Positions 20,252 through 29,180 are shown, counted from the first letter of the stretch. The stretch is 64,000 nucleotides of DNA from an uncultured Chloroflexia bacterium (GCA_963707395.1 CAVPPQ010000020.1:262021-326020), one strand, 5' to 3'. The notes: generated from the letters alone by a model not told the origin. Numbers and translations: made by a program.

Positions 20252-20993
20252 GGGAGATCTCCCTCTCCCCCCGTGGGGTCGTCACCCGCGGCCATCGACG
20301 CCGCTCAGTGCGACCGTGCTGGCGCGGGATGATGAGGCCCGCGGGGCACGGTGTCTAGGTCTGGGCACCCGAGGTGGTTCTCGGCCCGCGTGCGTCGGTC
20401 TGGCCCGTGCCGCAGGCTGATGGCGAAGCGGCTCACGAGCAGCCTTCTCGTGGGCGCCGCGCTCGATGAGGCCGCTGTCCCCGGGGTAGTGCGGGGTGGC
20501 ACTACCTGGCCGGCGTCATCGCCCCTTGACGACATCGCCAGGCAGCCCCTGGGCGCCCCAGGCGCCCCGTGTCGGCCTTTCAGGGCCGGGCGTCGCGTGG
20601 TTGGCTAACCTGGCGTGCAGGTGCCGCCAGGAGCCGCGAGTCTGGCTCGCTGAGCCGATGGCAGGTCACCCGCGCCACGCTGGGCTTGCCATCAAAGCCG
20701 ATCTGTATGTCCACCTGGGTGAGCCGCTGCGCCAAGCCCCGAAGGCCACCCCATTCCTCAGCGTGGATGCGCGGCATGGAGTGGCGCTAAGCGGCGCTGA
20801 GCGGCCCGAGATCGCTGCGGAGATTGCTGCGCAGCCTCCACCACACGCTCACCAGCGTCCTCGGCGGCGCATCATGAGGACTGTCTGGACGCCACCCTGC
20901 GCAGGCGCCATCATCCCGCAGAAGCACGGTCGCACCGGAGCGGTGACGTGGCCGCCGGCGGACGATGCCAAAGGGGGAGAAGGAGTCCTCCTC

Positions 20994-21704
20994 ATGCAGG
21001 CACCACGCTTGAGCATCGGGCTCGGCTCGTTCCTCGTGGCCCTGGCGCTCGTCGTCGCGGTCGGCATCGGCTCGGCTATCGCGGTCATCCCCAACCAGGG
21101 CACCTACTACGCCTGCCTGACCAAGTCCAGCGGGGCCGTCAAGGTCATCAACTACCCCAAGGTGCAGTGCGCCACGGGCACCCGCCTCATCAAGTGGAAC
21201 ACCAAAGGCCCGGCCGGACTGCAGGGCCCACAGGGAGTCGAGGGTCCCAAGGGTGACCAGGGACCCAAGGGAGACCAGGGGCCCGCCGGTCCGGCCGACT
21301 GGAACGCCATCTCCAACAGACCCGCAGGCTTCGCCGACGGCGTGGATGACCAGGGCGTCACCGGACTGACCATCACCCGGGTACAGGGGCCCTACACGCA
21401 GGTCTACGCGAACGCGTCCGGCACGGCATGGGGACAAGCTCACGTCGACTGTCCGGCCGGGTCGCGTGTCGTGGGTGGCGGCTACTGGTCACCCACGAAT
21501 GCGTTCGCCGTCAACTCTTCGACGGCAACGGACGCAGACACGTGGACCGTCTTCGCCACCCTCCTCGGCAAGACGGGCGACGGGTGGGTCTCCGCCATCA
21601 TGAGAGCTGACGTCCTCTGCCTGAGGGTGGAGCCAGGCGGGGCGTTGACGGTCGCCGCCAAGACCAAGCACCCGAAGGGCGCGAACAAGGTACGTCGTCG
21701 GTAG
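20994..21704 (+). CDS. secreted/anchored collagen-like (Gly-X-Y) repeat protein, paralog 2
   Basis: MQAPRLSIGLGSFLVALALVVAVGIGS..., YYACLTKSSGAVKVINYPKVQC, GPAGLQGPQGVEGPKGDQGPKGDQGPAGP, PAGFADGVDDQGVTG, Cys-containing C-terminal domain, basic tail; RBS AAGGGGGAGAAGGA. Divergently oriented to paralog 1. Confidence 0.8.
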   Translation: MQAPRLSIGLGSFLVALALVVAVGIGSAIAVIPNQGTYYACLTKSSGAVKVINYPKVQCATGTRLIKWNTKGPAGLQGPQGVEGPKGDQGPKGDQGPAGPADWNAISNRPAGFADGVDDQGVTGLTITRVQGPYTQVYANASGTAWGQAHVDCPAGSRVVGGGYWSPTNAFAVNSSTATDADTWTVFATLLGKTGDGWVSAIMRADVLCLRVEPGGALTVAAKTKHPKGANKVRRR

Positions 21705-22095
21705 GAGGGCCCAGGGACCCCTGAGTCAGGCCCGCCCGTGTACCGCCCGGTGTCGGTGGCGAACCAGCGAGCCGCCCATTGGCTGGGCTGGCTGGTTGGC
21801 TACGAAGTGGCGGCCAGCGTCCAGACGGGACGAGGCCCGCCGACGACAGCGGCCCGCCCCGCCCCCGCGGGACGGGCCGGACTTCGTCGCACAGGGGGGC
21901 CGTGCGCCGCAGGCGCTGGACGATGGCCGCTCCTGGCCGCGAGCAATCGCCCTTGCGCGGAGTCGCGCGGAGGACATGCTGTCTCCGTTGGCGCCCGCCC
22001 CTCCGACGGCAAGGACGCGGCCATGACGGTGGCGTTGGCGATCTCGGTCGTGGTGAGGCGGACGGTCACCCGGGGTCTCGAGCCAAGGGGCGAGC

Positions 22096-22443
22096 TTAGC
22101 CAGAGTCCCAGCCCTCCAGCAGCCAGAACACGAGCCGATGGCCGGTCTCGGTCGGTTCGACGACGATCGATTCGATGACGGCTCGGGCCTCGTCCACGAG
22201 CGCCGGGTCGGTGTAAACGTATGAGTCCAGCACGATGGCGACCCTCGACCCTTCGACGTCGAGGAGCCACATCTCCGTGCTGCCCATCCGTGCCGGACGG
22301 TCGAACGGACCGTCTGCCCCCCATCCGCGGTTCACCCCATCGGTCCCGATGTCCAGGACATCGGAGAACGGTGTACCCGCGTAGAACGTGAGGTCGACCT
22401 CGGCACAACAGCCGCCCTCGTAACGTGTGGGGATCTTGTGCAT
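22096..22443 (-). CDS. hypothetical protein
   Basis: C-terminal 115 aa of ORF 22096..23073 (MHKIPTRYEGGCCAEVDLTFYAGTPFSDVLDIG...) has protein-like composition; the rest of the ORF is junk. Confidence 0.35.
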   Translation of the reverse strand: MHKIPTRYEGGCCAEVDLTFYAGTPFSDVLDIGTDGVNRGWGADGPFDRPARMGSTEMWLLDVEGSRVAIVLDSYVYTDPALVDEARAVIESIVVEPTETGHRLVFWLLEGWDSG

Positions 22444-22638
22444 CCAGTTGGTGCGGCTCCCGAAGGCGGACCTGCGCCTGTTCGCGTACCGTCCGCAACC
22501 TCCTCGTGCCCGACAAGCAGGACGAGTCGTGAGCGCCCGTCCCGTCTTCCGGAAACGGGACTCTGTCGCCGATGCGGCTCGGCGCTGTCGTGACATCTGG
22601 CCCTCACGGCGGTACAGGGTGCTTTCCACAATCTCGTC

Positions 22639-23037
22639 ATGCAGATCGTCGTCGGGGTGTTCATGGTCGTGATGGGAATCGGGATCGCTGGCGTCTGGAC
22701 GGTCGACATCGTCCGGAATCCATCGATCGACCGGACCCGAGGGCTCCTCCACGCGCGCGACAGCGCTGGAAGCGTGATGGTCCCTCACTGGATCGCCGAG
22801 TACGCCACGGCTCTCCTGTGCCTGGTCGGTGGACTGGGACTCGTGCTCGGCTGGACGTCCACGCCGTGGTCGTGGCTCGTTCCGATCGCGCTCGGGGCAC
22901 TGAGCTACACCTCGCTCAACAGCCTCAGCTGGGTGCTGGCCGACCGTTCGCGTCTGGCCTACGGTGTCCCGATGGCGATCGGCCTGATCGGGGCGCTGGT
23001 CGCGATCTTGCTGCTGCTCGCTGGTTCGCTCATCTGA
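22639..23037 (+). CDS. integral membrane protein (4 TM, hypothetical)
   Basis: 132 aa, MQIVVGVFMVVMGIGIAGVWTV..., hydrophobic helices separated by short loops. Confidence 0.5.
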   Translation: MQIVVGVFMVVMGIGIAGVWTVDIVRNPSIDRTRGLLHARDSAGSVMVPHWIAEYATALLCLVGGLGLVLGWTSTPWSWLVPIALGALSYTSLNSLSWVLADRSRLAYGVPMAIGLIGALVAILLLLAGSLI

Positions 23038-23085
23038 GCGTGCTTCCACGGTTGGCGCGAGGGCGCCGGGCACCGCGTCGTCGGG

Positions 23086-23330
23086 CCCCGAACGTCACCG
23101 ACGTCTGGTCGGTCAAGAAGGTGAACCCGCGGGCGATGGTCCACCTGACCGAGAAGTCCGCGGATCTCACGCGCCTCGCGATCGAGTACAGCTCACTGCC
23201 CGGTGAGGTGGTGCTCGACCTGTTCGGTGGCTCGGGGTCCGCGCTGATCGCCGCGGAGCAGACCGGCCGACGTGCCGGCCTCATGGAGATCGACCCGCTC
23301 TGCTGCGCGATATCTAGCCTCGCGTGGCTG
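23086..23330 (+). pseudogene. DNA (N6-adenine/N4-cytosine) methyltransferase fragment A (phage/plasmid type)
   Basis: ...MVHLTEKSADLTRLAIEYSSLPGEVVLDLFGGSGSALIAAEQTGRRAGLMEIDPLCC carries the HPTQKP-like and DPFxGSGTT SAM-binding motifs. The N-terminal DPPY region is absent and the frame degenerates at ~23320. Confidence 0.55.
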
Positions 23331-23339
23331 CCGACAGGC

Positions 23340-23807
23340 TCACCCCGACGCGGTCGCAGCCTCCTCCGCTGGCCGGGGCTGAGGCCCCAGCAGGAAGGCC
23401 TCCTCGGCGGCCGGGTCGAACATGTACGTGCGCTCAGCGACGACCTTACCGCGGCGCACCTCGGACACATCGATGCCACGCCCGACACGGGTCACGCCAG
23501 CCGCGTTCGTCTCGGTCACCTCGAACTCGCTGATGACGGTGTTCGTCAGCGTGAGCGCCCAAGGCTTGTCGAGAGCGGCATGGAGGATGCGGTAGTGGTA
23601 CACGGGGACCGCGTCGAACCACGCCTGCATCATCGCGCGCCAGGCAGCCTTGCCCTCGACCCGGCCACCGATGGGCGGGGGCCCCGGCTGCTCGAAGACC
23701 ACGTCGTCCGCGAGATACCGCTCGAAGTAGTCGAGGTCCCCGCGGTTGAGGGCATCCCAGCCGCGTCCCAGGCCGAGCTTGAGGATCAACGCTCCGATCA
23801 TCGTCAT
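23340..23807 (-). CDS. SnoaL-like / NTF2-like protein
   Basis: MTMIGALILKLGLGRGWDALNRGDLDYFERYLADDVVFEQPG... is a typical SnoaL_2-type sequence; it lies between the two methylase fragments. Confidence 0.55.
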   Translation of the reverse strand: MTMIGALILKLGLGRGWDALNRGDLDYFERYLADDVVFEQPGPPPIGGRVEGKAAWRAMMQAWFDAVPVYHYRILHAALDKPWALTLTNTVISEFEVTETNAAGVTRVGRGIDVSEVRRGKVVAERTYMFDPAAEEAFLLGPQPRPAEEAATASG

Positions 23808-23917
23808 CCCTCCTCCGTCACGGCCACGATGATCCCCGCTCGTGGGCGTGGGAAGGGCCATCGGTCGCGTGGTCCCTCTCGTCGCGGGACGCGCCACGGG
23901 GTGCGACCCACTCGGCA

Positions 23918-24343
23918 TCACTTGCCCTTGCGCACGTGCGCCTTCTTGGGCCCGTGGTCGCTGTTCTTCGCGGCGATCACGAGCCCCGCGGGCTCGGCGC
24001 GCGGGCAGGTGACCCAAGCGTAGAGTCCGACCTCTCCGACAGCACCTTCCCTGACGCCGGCCACGGGCCACGTGTTGCTGTCAAGGGGCAGTGAGGCCCA
24101 GACAGTCGCGTCGGCCATGCCTGTGGCAGTGCCCGACAGGTTGTACCCACCCCCCACGGCGAAGAAACCCGAGGGACAGTCAGCAGTGTCTTCCGCCTCG
24201 ATCAACTGAGTGAGGACCGCGGGTGTCTCGGACACAACCGTCTTGAACTTGACCGCCGTCATCCCCTCGTTGTCCACGTTGTCGGCGAAGTCAGCCGGCT
24301 TGTTGGCGATGTCGCCCCAGACGGGGCGGCGTGGCTTCGGCAT
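23918..24343 (-). CDS. collagen-like protein family, paralog 3 (C-terminal domain only; lacks signal peptide and Gly-X-Y tract)
   Basis: MPKPRRPVWGDIANKPADFADNVDNEGMTAVKF...VGGGYNLSG...KKAHVRKGK aligns with the PAGFADGVDxxGxTG motif and C-terminal domain of paralogs 1 and 2. Confidence 0.6.
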   Translation of the reverse strand: MPKPRRPVWGDIANKPADFADNVDNEGMTAVKFKTVVSETPAVLTQLIEAEDTADCPSGFFAVGGGYNLSGTATGMADATVWASLPLDSNTWPVAGVREGAVGEVGLYAWVTCPRAEPAGLVIAAKNSDHGPKKAHVRKGK

Positions 24344-24446
24344 GGAGCTGGACTCGCTGTACTGCGACACGATCATCGAGCGGTTCGAGCGGTTCACCGG
24401 CACGAAGGCCGAGCGCGTCCCGGCGCCCGCCGCGGCGGCAGCCTGA
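24342..24446 (+). pseudogene. DNA methyltransferase C-terminal tail fragment B
   Basis: MELDSLYCDTIIERFERFTGTKAERV... corresponds to the ...EIDPxYCDxxIxRWExFTG... C-terminal end of phage methylases. Its stop overlaps the start of the terminase small subunit (TGATG). Confidence 0.4.
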
Positions 24447-24883
24447 TGGGCCGCCGCGGACCAGCCCCCACACCGACCGGGGTGAAGCTCCACCAGGGCG
24501 AGACACGACCCTCGCGGATCAACCGCCTCGAGCCCCTCCCCCGCCGTGCCGCACCCCAGATGCCACGCGGCATGGACCGCGACGCGCAGAAGGTGTGGCG
24601 GCGGGTGGTCCGAGAGATGCGCGGCTCCGACGTCATCCTCGCCGCGGACGCCGACGTGCTGCGCTGCTATGTCGAGGCGGTCGCCCGCTACGCGCAGGCG
24701 GCGGAGCTGTACGCGAAGTCCTCGCCGCTGATGCGCCGCGACGGCGAACTCGTGAGAGCTCTTCGAAGGCACCGGCTCGGCCTGACGGGCCAGAGGCCGA
24801 CCTCTGGCACGGGCACGCAGGCTGGACGGCCCTGTGACCTCTCATCGCTCGATGACACACTTACTGGTGAGATATCACCCTGA
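24446..24883 (+). CDS. phage terminase small subunit, P27 family
   Basis: MGRRGPAPTPTGVKLHQGETRPSRINRLEPLP...AQKVWRRVVREM...LRCYVEAVARYAQAAELYAKSSPL matches the P27-family pattern (RGPKPTPTxLKxLxG...W..L...L..YC.A...Y). Confidence 0.75.
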   Translation: MGRRGPAPTPTGVKLHQGETRPSRINRLEPLPRRAAPQMPRGMDRDAQKVWRRVVREMRGSDVILAADADVLRCYVEAVARYAQAAELYAKSSPLMRRDGELVRALRRHRLGLTGQRPTSGTGTQAGRPCDLSSLDDTLTGEISP

Positions 24884-24895
24884 CGGAGGACCCGC

Positions 24896-25408
24896 GTGGA
24901 CCACGCTCCCGCCCGCATCGGTGCCGTGCGCCCCAAGCACCCGGCGCAGCCGGTGTACCTGCTGGACGTCCGCGCGGTCCGCGGCGAGCGGACGCGCGCT
25001 GACGGCGCTCTCTGGGACGGCGTCCTCAACGCCACCCCGGACGACACGAATGACGCGCCCTCGCCCATCGAGGCGCTCATGGCCGCGCTGGCCGGATGCC
25101 TCGTGCGCAACCTGCGGTCGATGGCGGATGGACGTCGTATCACCCTCGAGCGTGCCGACCTCCACATCGCCGCGACCCGCTCGGACGACCCGCCGGTCGT
25201 GACCTCGCTCATCGTGGACCTCGACGTCGTCGCGGACGCCGAGCCGGAACGCATCCATCGGATGGTCGAGCAGGCGCTCCGCTACGGGACCATCACGCGG
25301 ACGATCGCCCGGGCCTGCCCGCTCGTCATCAACCTGTCGATCGGCGGAGTGCCCACCGCACTCGATGTCGAGGCCATCCTGATACTTACCCCGGAGGAGG
25401 GACGATGA
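24896..25408 (+). CDS. OsmC/Ohr-family protein (peroxiredoxin-like)
   Basis: PSPIEALMAALAGCLVRNLRS... and ...VEQALRYGTITRTIARACPLVINL show the two conserved Cys regions of OsmC/Ohr. The stop overlaps the ACR3 start (ATGA). Confidence 0.75.
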   Translation: MDHAPARIGAVRPKHPAQPVYLLDVRAVRGERTRADGALWDGVLNATPDDTNDAPSPIEALMAALAGCLVRNLRSMADGRRITLERADLHIAATRSDDPPVVTSLIVDLDVVADAEPERIHRMVEQALRYGTITRTIARACPLVINLSIGGVPTALDVEAILILTPEEGR

Positions 25409-26517
25409 CCGCCAGCCGCCTGCTCGAGAAGCTCGAGGACTTCCGCTTGCTGCCGATCTTCGTCATCGTCAGCATGGCCATCGGCATCGCCATCGGCAAG
25501 GCGCTCTCGATCTCGGACTTCGAGCTGACCCCGCCCATCGATGCCATCAAGTCGATCGCGGCTGGCACGTTCGAGCTCTCAGTCCCGAGCGCCCTCAGCC
25601 TCGGGGTGCCCATCGGGCTCTTCCTGATGATGTACCCGGCCATGACCAACGTGCGCCTCGGCGAGGTCGGGTCGGCCTTCCGCTCCCCCCGGCAATTGGG
25701 CGTGGTCCTCCTCTTCAACTACCTCGTCGCACCCTTCCTCATGCTGCTGCTGGCGAACCTCTTCGTGAGCGACCCCGAGCTGCACACGGGCCTCGTGCTC
25801 TACGGCCTGGCCCCCTGTATCGCGATGGTCATCGTCTTCACGTACCTCGCCAAGGGCAACGTGCCCATGGCCCTCGTCTTCGTGGCCATCAACTCGGTGG
25901 CGCAGATGCTGCTCATCCCGGTCTATGCGCGCCTGCTCATCGGGAACGTCGACTTCGACGTCCTCGTGGTCGGCGAGAGCGTCCTCCTCTACCTCGGCTT
26001 GCCCTTGGTCGCGGGGGTGCTGACCCGGATGCTCGTCGTGCGGCGGGGTGGAGAGGCGGCCATGGAGCGGCTCAAGCCAGGTCTCAACGCGCTCTCGATC
26101 CTGGGGCTCCTGTTCACGCTCATCGTCATGTTCTCCCTCAAGGGCGACCTCATCCTCGAGCGGCCGGGCATCGTGGTCGAGATGGCCATCCCCATGACCA
26201 TCTTCTTCGCGGCCATGTTCTTCGTGGTCCTCTTCATCGGCTCGCGCCTGCACTTTTCCTACGAGGACGGCGTGGCGGTGGCCTTCAACACGACGGGGCG
26301 CGACTTCGAGATCGCCATCGCCATCGCCATCACCGCCTTCAGCCCGACCGTCGCCCTCGCCACCGTCGTGGGGCCGCTCATCGAGGTCCCGATCATGCTG
26401 TTCCTCGTGTGGGCTGCGATGCGTCTGCGGCCGCGCCTCTTCCCCGGCGCCGCGGGTGGCGCGGTCCGCGGTGAGCGGGATGCGCCCATCGCGAGCCCGG
26501 AGGGCGCCACGACATGA
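25405..26517 (+). CDS. acr3: ACR3-family arsenite efflux transporter
   Basis: MTASRLLEKLEDFRLLPIFVIVSMAIGIAIGK...LFLMMYPAMTNVRL...PCIAMVIVFTYLAKGN, ~370 aa, 10 TM; RBS GGAGGAGGGACG. Confidence 0.85.
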   Translation: MTASRLLEKLEDFRLLPIFVIVSMAIGIAIGKALSISDFELTPPIDAIKSIAAGTFELSVPSALSLGVPIGLFLMMYPAMTNVRLGEVGSAFRSPRQLGVVLLFNYLVAPFLMLLLANLFVSDPELHTGLVLYGLAPCIAMVIVFTYLAKGNVPMALVFVAINSVAQMLLIPVYARLLIGNVDFDVLVVGESVLLYLGLPLVAGVLTRMLVVRRGGEAAMERLKPGLNALSILGLLFTLIVMFSLKGDLILERPGIVVEMAIPMTIFFAAMFFVVLFIGSRLHFSYEDGVAVAFNTTGRDFEIAIAIAITAFSPTVALATVVGPLIEVPIMLFLVWAAMRLRPRLFPGAAGGAVRGERDAPIASPEGATT

Positions 26518-26852
26518 TCGACGAGCGCTCGACCCTGCCACTCGTGCCCGAGCTGCGCTTCGACCTGGAGCGGCCGGACGTACGCGACGCCGTGCGCCTC
26601 GGCGCCCTCGTCGGCGACCCCGTCCGGGCCGGCATCCTGGCCATCCTGCGTGACGGCCCCCATTGCGTCTGCGAGATGGCCGCCGCCCTCGGTGAGCGTC
26701 AGAACAACGTGAGCAACCACCTCGCCAAGCTGCGCGAGGCCGGCCTCGTCCGGGCCAGCCGTCACGGTGCCGATGCCCGCTGGGTCTATTACGAGCGGGA
26801 CGAGACTGCCATCGAGGTCGCCGCACAGGCCATGGCGGGGATCCTGCGATGA
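26514..26852 (+). CDS. arsR: ArsR/SmtB-family metalloregulator
   Basis: ...LGALVGDPVRAGILAILRDGPHCVCEMAAALGERQNNVSNHLAKLREAGLV gives an HTH plus a CVC metal(loid)-binding motif. Start overlaps the ACR3 stop. Confidence 0.85.
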   Translation: MIDERSTLPLVPELRFDLERPDVRDAVRLGALVGDPVRAGILAILRDGPHCVCEMAAALGERQNNVSNHLAKLREAGLVRASRHGADARWVYYERDETAIEVAAQAMAGILR

Positions 26853-27886
26853 CGACGGTCGTCGCGCATCGAGCGCACCTGCCGTTCTGGGTGGTGGCTG
26901 CCGGCGGCGTGGCGGCCTGGCTCGTGGCCTGGGTCCTCCTGGCCCCTGCCGTGGACTGGCTGACGACGGACGTGCTGGGGCTGGACACGAGCGAGGGCTT
27001 CGGAGCGTCGCTGGCCTTCTTCCTCTTCGACCTGCCCAAGGTGCTCTTGCTCCTCGTCGGGGTGGTCACGCTGGTGAGCTTCCTGCGCTCGTTCGTGTCA
27101 CCCGAGCGCGTGCGGCGCACGCTGGCGGGCCGCAACGTCGTCGTGGGCGCCGCGGCGGCGGCCGGCTTCGGGGTCATCACTCCCTTCTGCTCCTGTTCCG
27201 CGGTGCCGCTCTTCATCGGCTTCGTCGAGGCCGGGGTCCCACTGGGGGTCACGTTCGCCTTCCTCATCTCGGCACCGATGGTCAATGAGGTCGCGCTCGT
27301 GCTCCTCTGGGGTCTCTTCGGTCCGGGCATCGCGGTGGCCTACCTGGTCGCTGGCCTGCTCGTCGCCATCGGGGCCGGGCTGGTGGTCGGACGTCTCCGC
27401 CTGGAGCGCTTCGTGGAGCCCTACGTCTACGAGGTCCGCGCAGGTGCCGCCATCGAGTTCCGACCCACGATGGAGCAGCGCGTGCGCGACGCCTGGGATT
27501 CGACGCGCCAGTTGGTGCGGCGGATCGCTCCCTGGGTCGTCATCGGCATCGCGTTGGGATCGCTCATCCATGGCTATGCGCCGACCGACCTCGTGGCCTC
27601 CATCGGCGGCCGCGACAATCCGCTCGCGGTGCCGCTCGTGGTCATGCTGGGCGTGCCGCTCTACGCCAACGCGGCGGGCACCATCCCCATCGTCGAGGCG
27701 CTCCTGGGCAAGGGCGTGCCCATCGGCACGGTGCTCGCCTTCATGATGGCCGTCACGGCCCTCTCGCTGCCCGAGCTGCTCATCCTGCGGCGGGTCATGC
27801 GCCGGGAGCTCATCGCCACGTTCGTCATCGTGGTCGCGGGCGGCATCCTCGCCGTCGGCTACCTGTTCAACATCTTCGCCACCTGA
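26849..27886 (+). CDS. DUF318/ArsP-like permease (TPFCSCS motif)
   Basis: 345 aa polytopic membrane protein with ...GFGVITPFCSCSAVPLFIGFVEAGVPLG...; the TPFCSCS motif is characteristic of ArsP-type organoarsenical permeases and their partners of small thioredoxin-like proteins. Confidence 0.75.
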   Translation: MTTVVAHRAHLPFWVVAAGGVAAWLVAWVLLAPAVDWLTTDVLGLDTSEGFGASLAFFLFDLPKVLLLLVGVVTLVSFLRSFVSPERVRRTLAGRNVVVGAAAAAGFGVITPFCSCSAVPLFIGFVEAGVPLGVTFAFLISAPMVNEVALVLLWGLFGPGIAVAYLVAGLLVAIGAGLVVGRLRLERFVEPYVYEVRAGAAIEFRPTMEQRVRDAWDSTRQLVRRIAPWVVIGIALGSLIHGYAPTDLVASIGGRDNPLAVPLVVMLGVPLYANAAGTIPIVEALLGKGVPIGTVLAFMMAVTALSLPELLILRRVMRRELIATFVIVVAGGILAVGYLFNIFAT

Positions 27887-27897
27887 AGGGGGAACAC

Positions 27898-28155
27898 ATG
27901 GTCAGTATCGAGATCCTCGGTCACGGCTGCGATAACTGCCGACGCCTGGAGCAGAACGCCCGCGACGCGGCGGCCATGGCCGGCGTCGAGGCCGACATCG
28001 TCAAGGTTGCCGACGACCGCGAGATCGCCGCCCGGGGCGTCCTGCGCACCCCCGGTCTCGTCATCGACGGGAAGGTCATGAGCGCCGGCCGCGTGCCATC
28101 GGCCGGGGACATCGCGGAGTGGCTGAGCCAGACGGGTGTGCCACGCCCCGCGTAG
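27898..28155 (+). CDS. small thioredoxin-fold protein (redox-active disulfide protein, CxxC)
   Basis: MVSIEILGHGCDNCRRLEQNARDAA... is the 85-aa family usually encoded next to DUF318 permeases. Confidence 0.75.
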   Translation: MVSIEILGHGCDNCRRLEQNARDAAAMAGVEADIVKVADDREIAARGVLRTPGLVIDGKVMSAGRVPSAGDIAEWLSQTGVPRPA

Positions 28156-28731
28156 TGGTTCCGGTCGGCTTCCCGCACACCCGTACGGTCCCTCGCTTGA
28201 CGCCCGCCTGACCGCCCCGTAGACCGGAGGGCGTGCACGCACGTCTTCCCCTCCTCCTCGCGCGTCGGGCCGGGTCGGTGCCCCCAGCCCGGCCGACGCG
28301 CTAAGCCTCGTGAGCCCCGTCGAGCTCGTCCTCTTCGGGGCCCTGTGCTACGTCTTCGGCCTGGTCAGTGGTGCTGTCCTCATCCCCTGGCTCGTGGACC
28401 GGGGCCAACCCGCCCGTGCTCGTGCCGTTGCTCCTCACCGCTGCTGGCCTGCTCTCGGTCGACCTGCCTGGCGTGCGCCACTGTGGCCCGACAGCCACGC
28501 CATCAACGGAGACTGGAGCCGGCGGAGGTCGTCGCGTACCTGCGCTCGCTGCCGTCGCTCTGGACCGATGCAGGACCCGAAGGACGCCAGGCGCTGGCCG
28601 TGGCGCTGTTCGCCAAGCTCGAAGTGGAGGAGTACCAGAAGATGACCTACGAACTCACATCCGATGCCGTGGAACTCGGTCTCAGCGCGGCACTACCCGC
28701 GGTGCTGGAGACCGGTGGTCAGATCGGTGAG

Positions 28732-28810
<79 letters not shown>

Positions 28811-28937
28811 ACCGAGGAGCCCGCGGCGTCACGCGCCTGCGGGGACTGTGGAGTATAGGACACGGAACCATCGCAGCGCGCCGGACAGACCGACCGGCCC
28901 GGATTACATCATATCCACCACGTTGTATCATCCGAGG

Positions 28938-29180
28938 GTGGAACGCACGCAGATATCCCTGACGCCGCGCCAAGCCCGCCGGCTGCGCCAGCTTGCCAGG
29001 CACCGCGGGACGTCCATGGCATCGCTCATCCGCGACGCAGTGGAGCGCGTCTATCCGGAACCCCGCGACCGTGCGGATCCGTGGGATCGTGCCCTGCAGT
29101 CGGTCGGCCGTTTCCGGTCGGGGCAAGTGGACGTCAGCGCGGAGCACGACCGCGACTTGGCAGACGCCTTCGGCGAGTGA
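28938..29180 (+). CDS. vapB: ribbon-helix-helix (CopG-family) antitoxin, VapB-like
   Basis: [39 protein letters not shown] is an RHH fold; GTG start; stop overlaps the vapC start (GTGA). Confidence 0.7.
   Translation: MERTQISLTPRQARRLRQLARHRGTSMASLIRDAVERVYPEPRDRADPWDRALQSVGRFRSGQVDVSAEHDRDLADAFGE

Noticed and set aside
20252-20993. Long open frame (from 20496) upstream of collagen-like paralog 2 and other short ORFs in the 740-bp divergent intergenic region
   Set aside because: No RBS/start context. The composition is GC-frame-like. The true start of paralog 2 is fixed by the signal peptide plus strong SD at 20994, so the region is treated as a shared promoter region.
19589-21704. Periodic GGN-CCN triplet DNA in collagen tracts as a possible CRISPR/short tandem repeat array
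   Set aside because: The periodicity is 9-nt GXY coding repeats within ORFs with flanking conserved protein motifs. There are no spacer-repeat units of 25-40 nt, so this is not CRISPR.
22572-24023. 483-aa plus-strand ORF
   Set aside because: Only a ~80-aa internal window (23086-23330) has methyltransferase motifs. The rest is Arg/Gly/Pro noise and overlaps real minus-strand genes.
25579-27330. 583-aa ORF on minus strand
   Set aside because: Antisense to ACR3/arsR/permease genes; Arg/Gly/Pro-rich junk.
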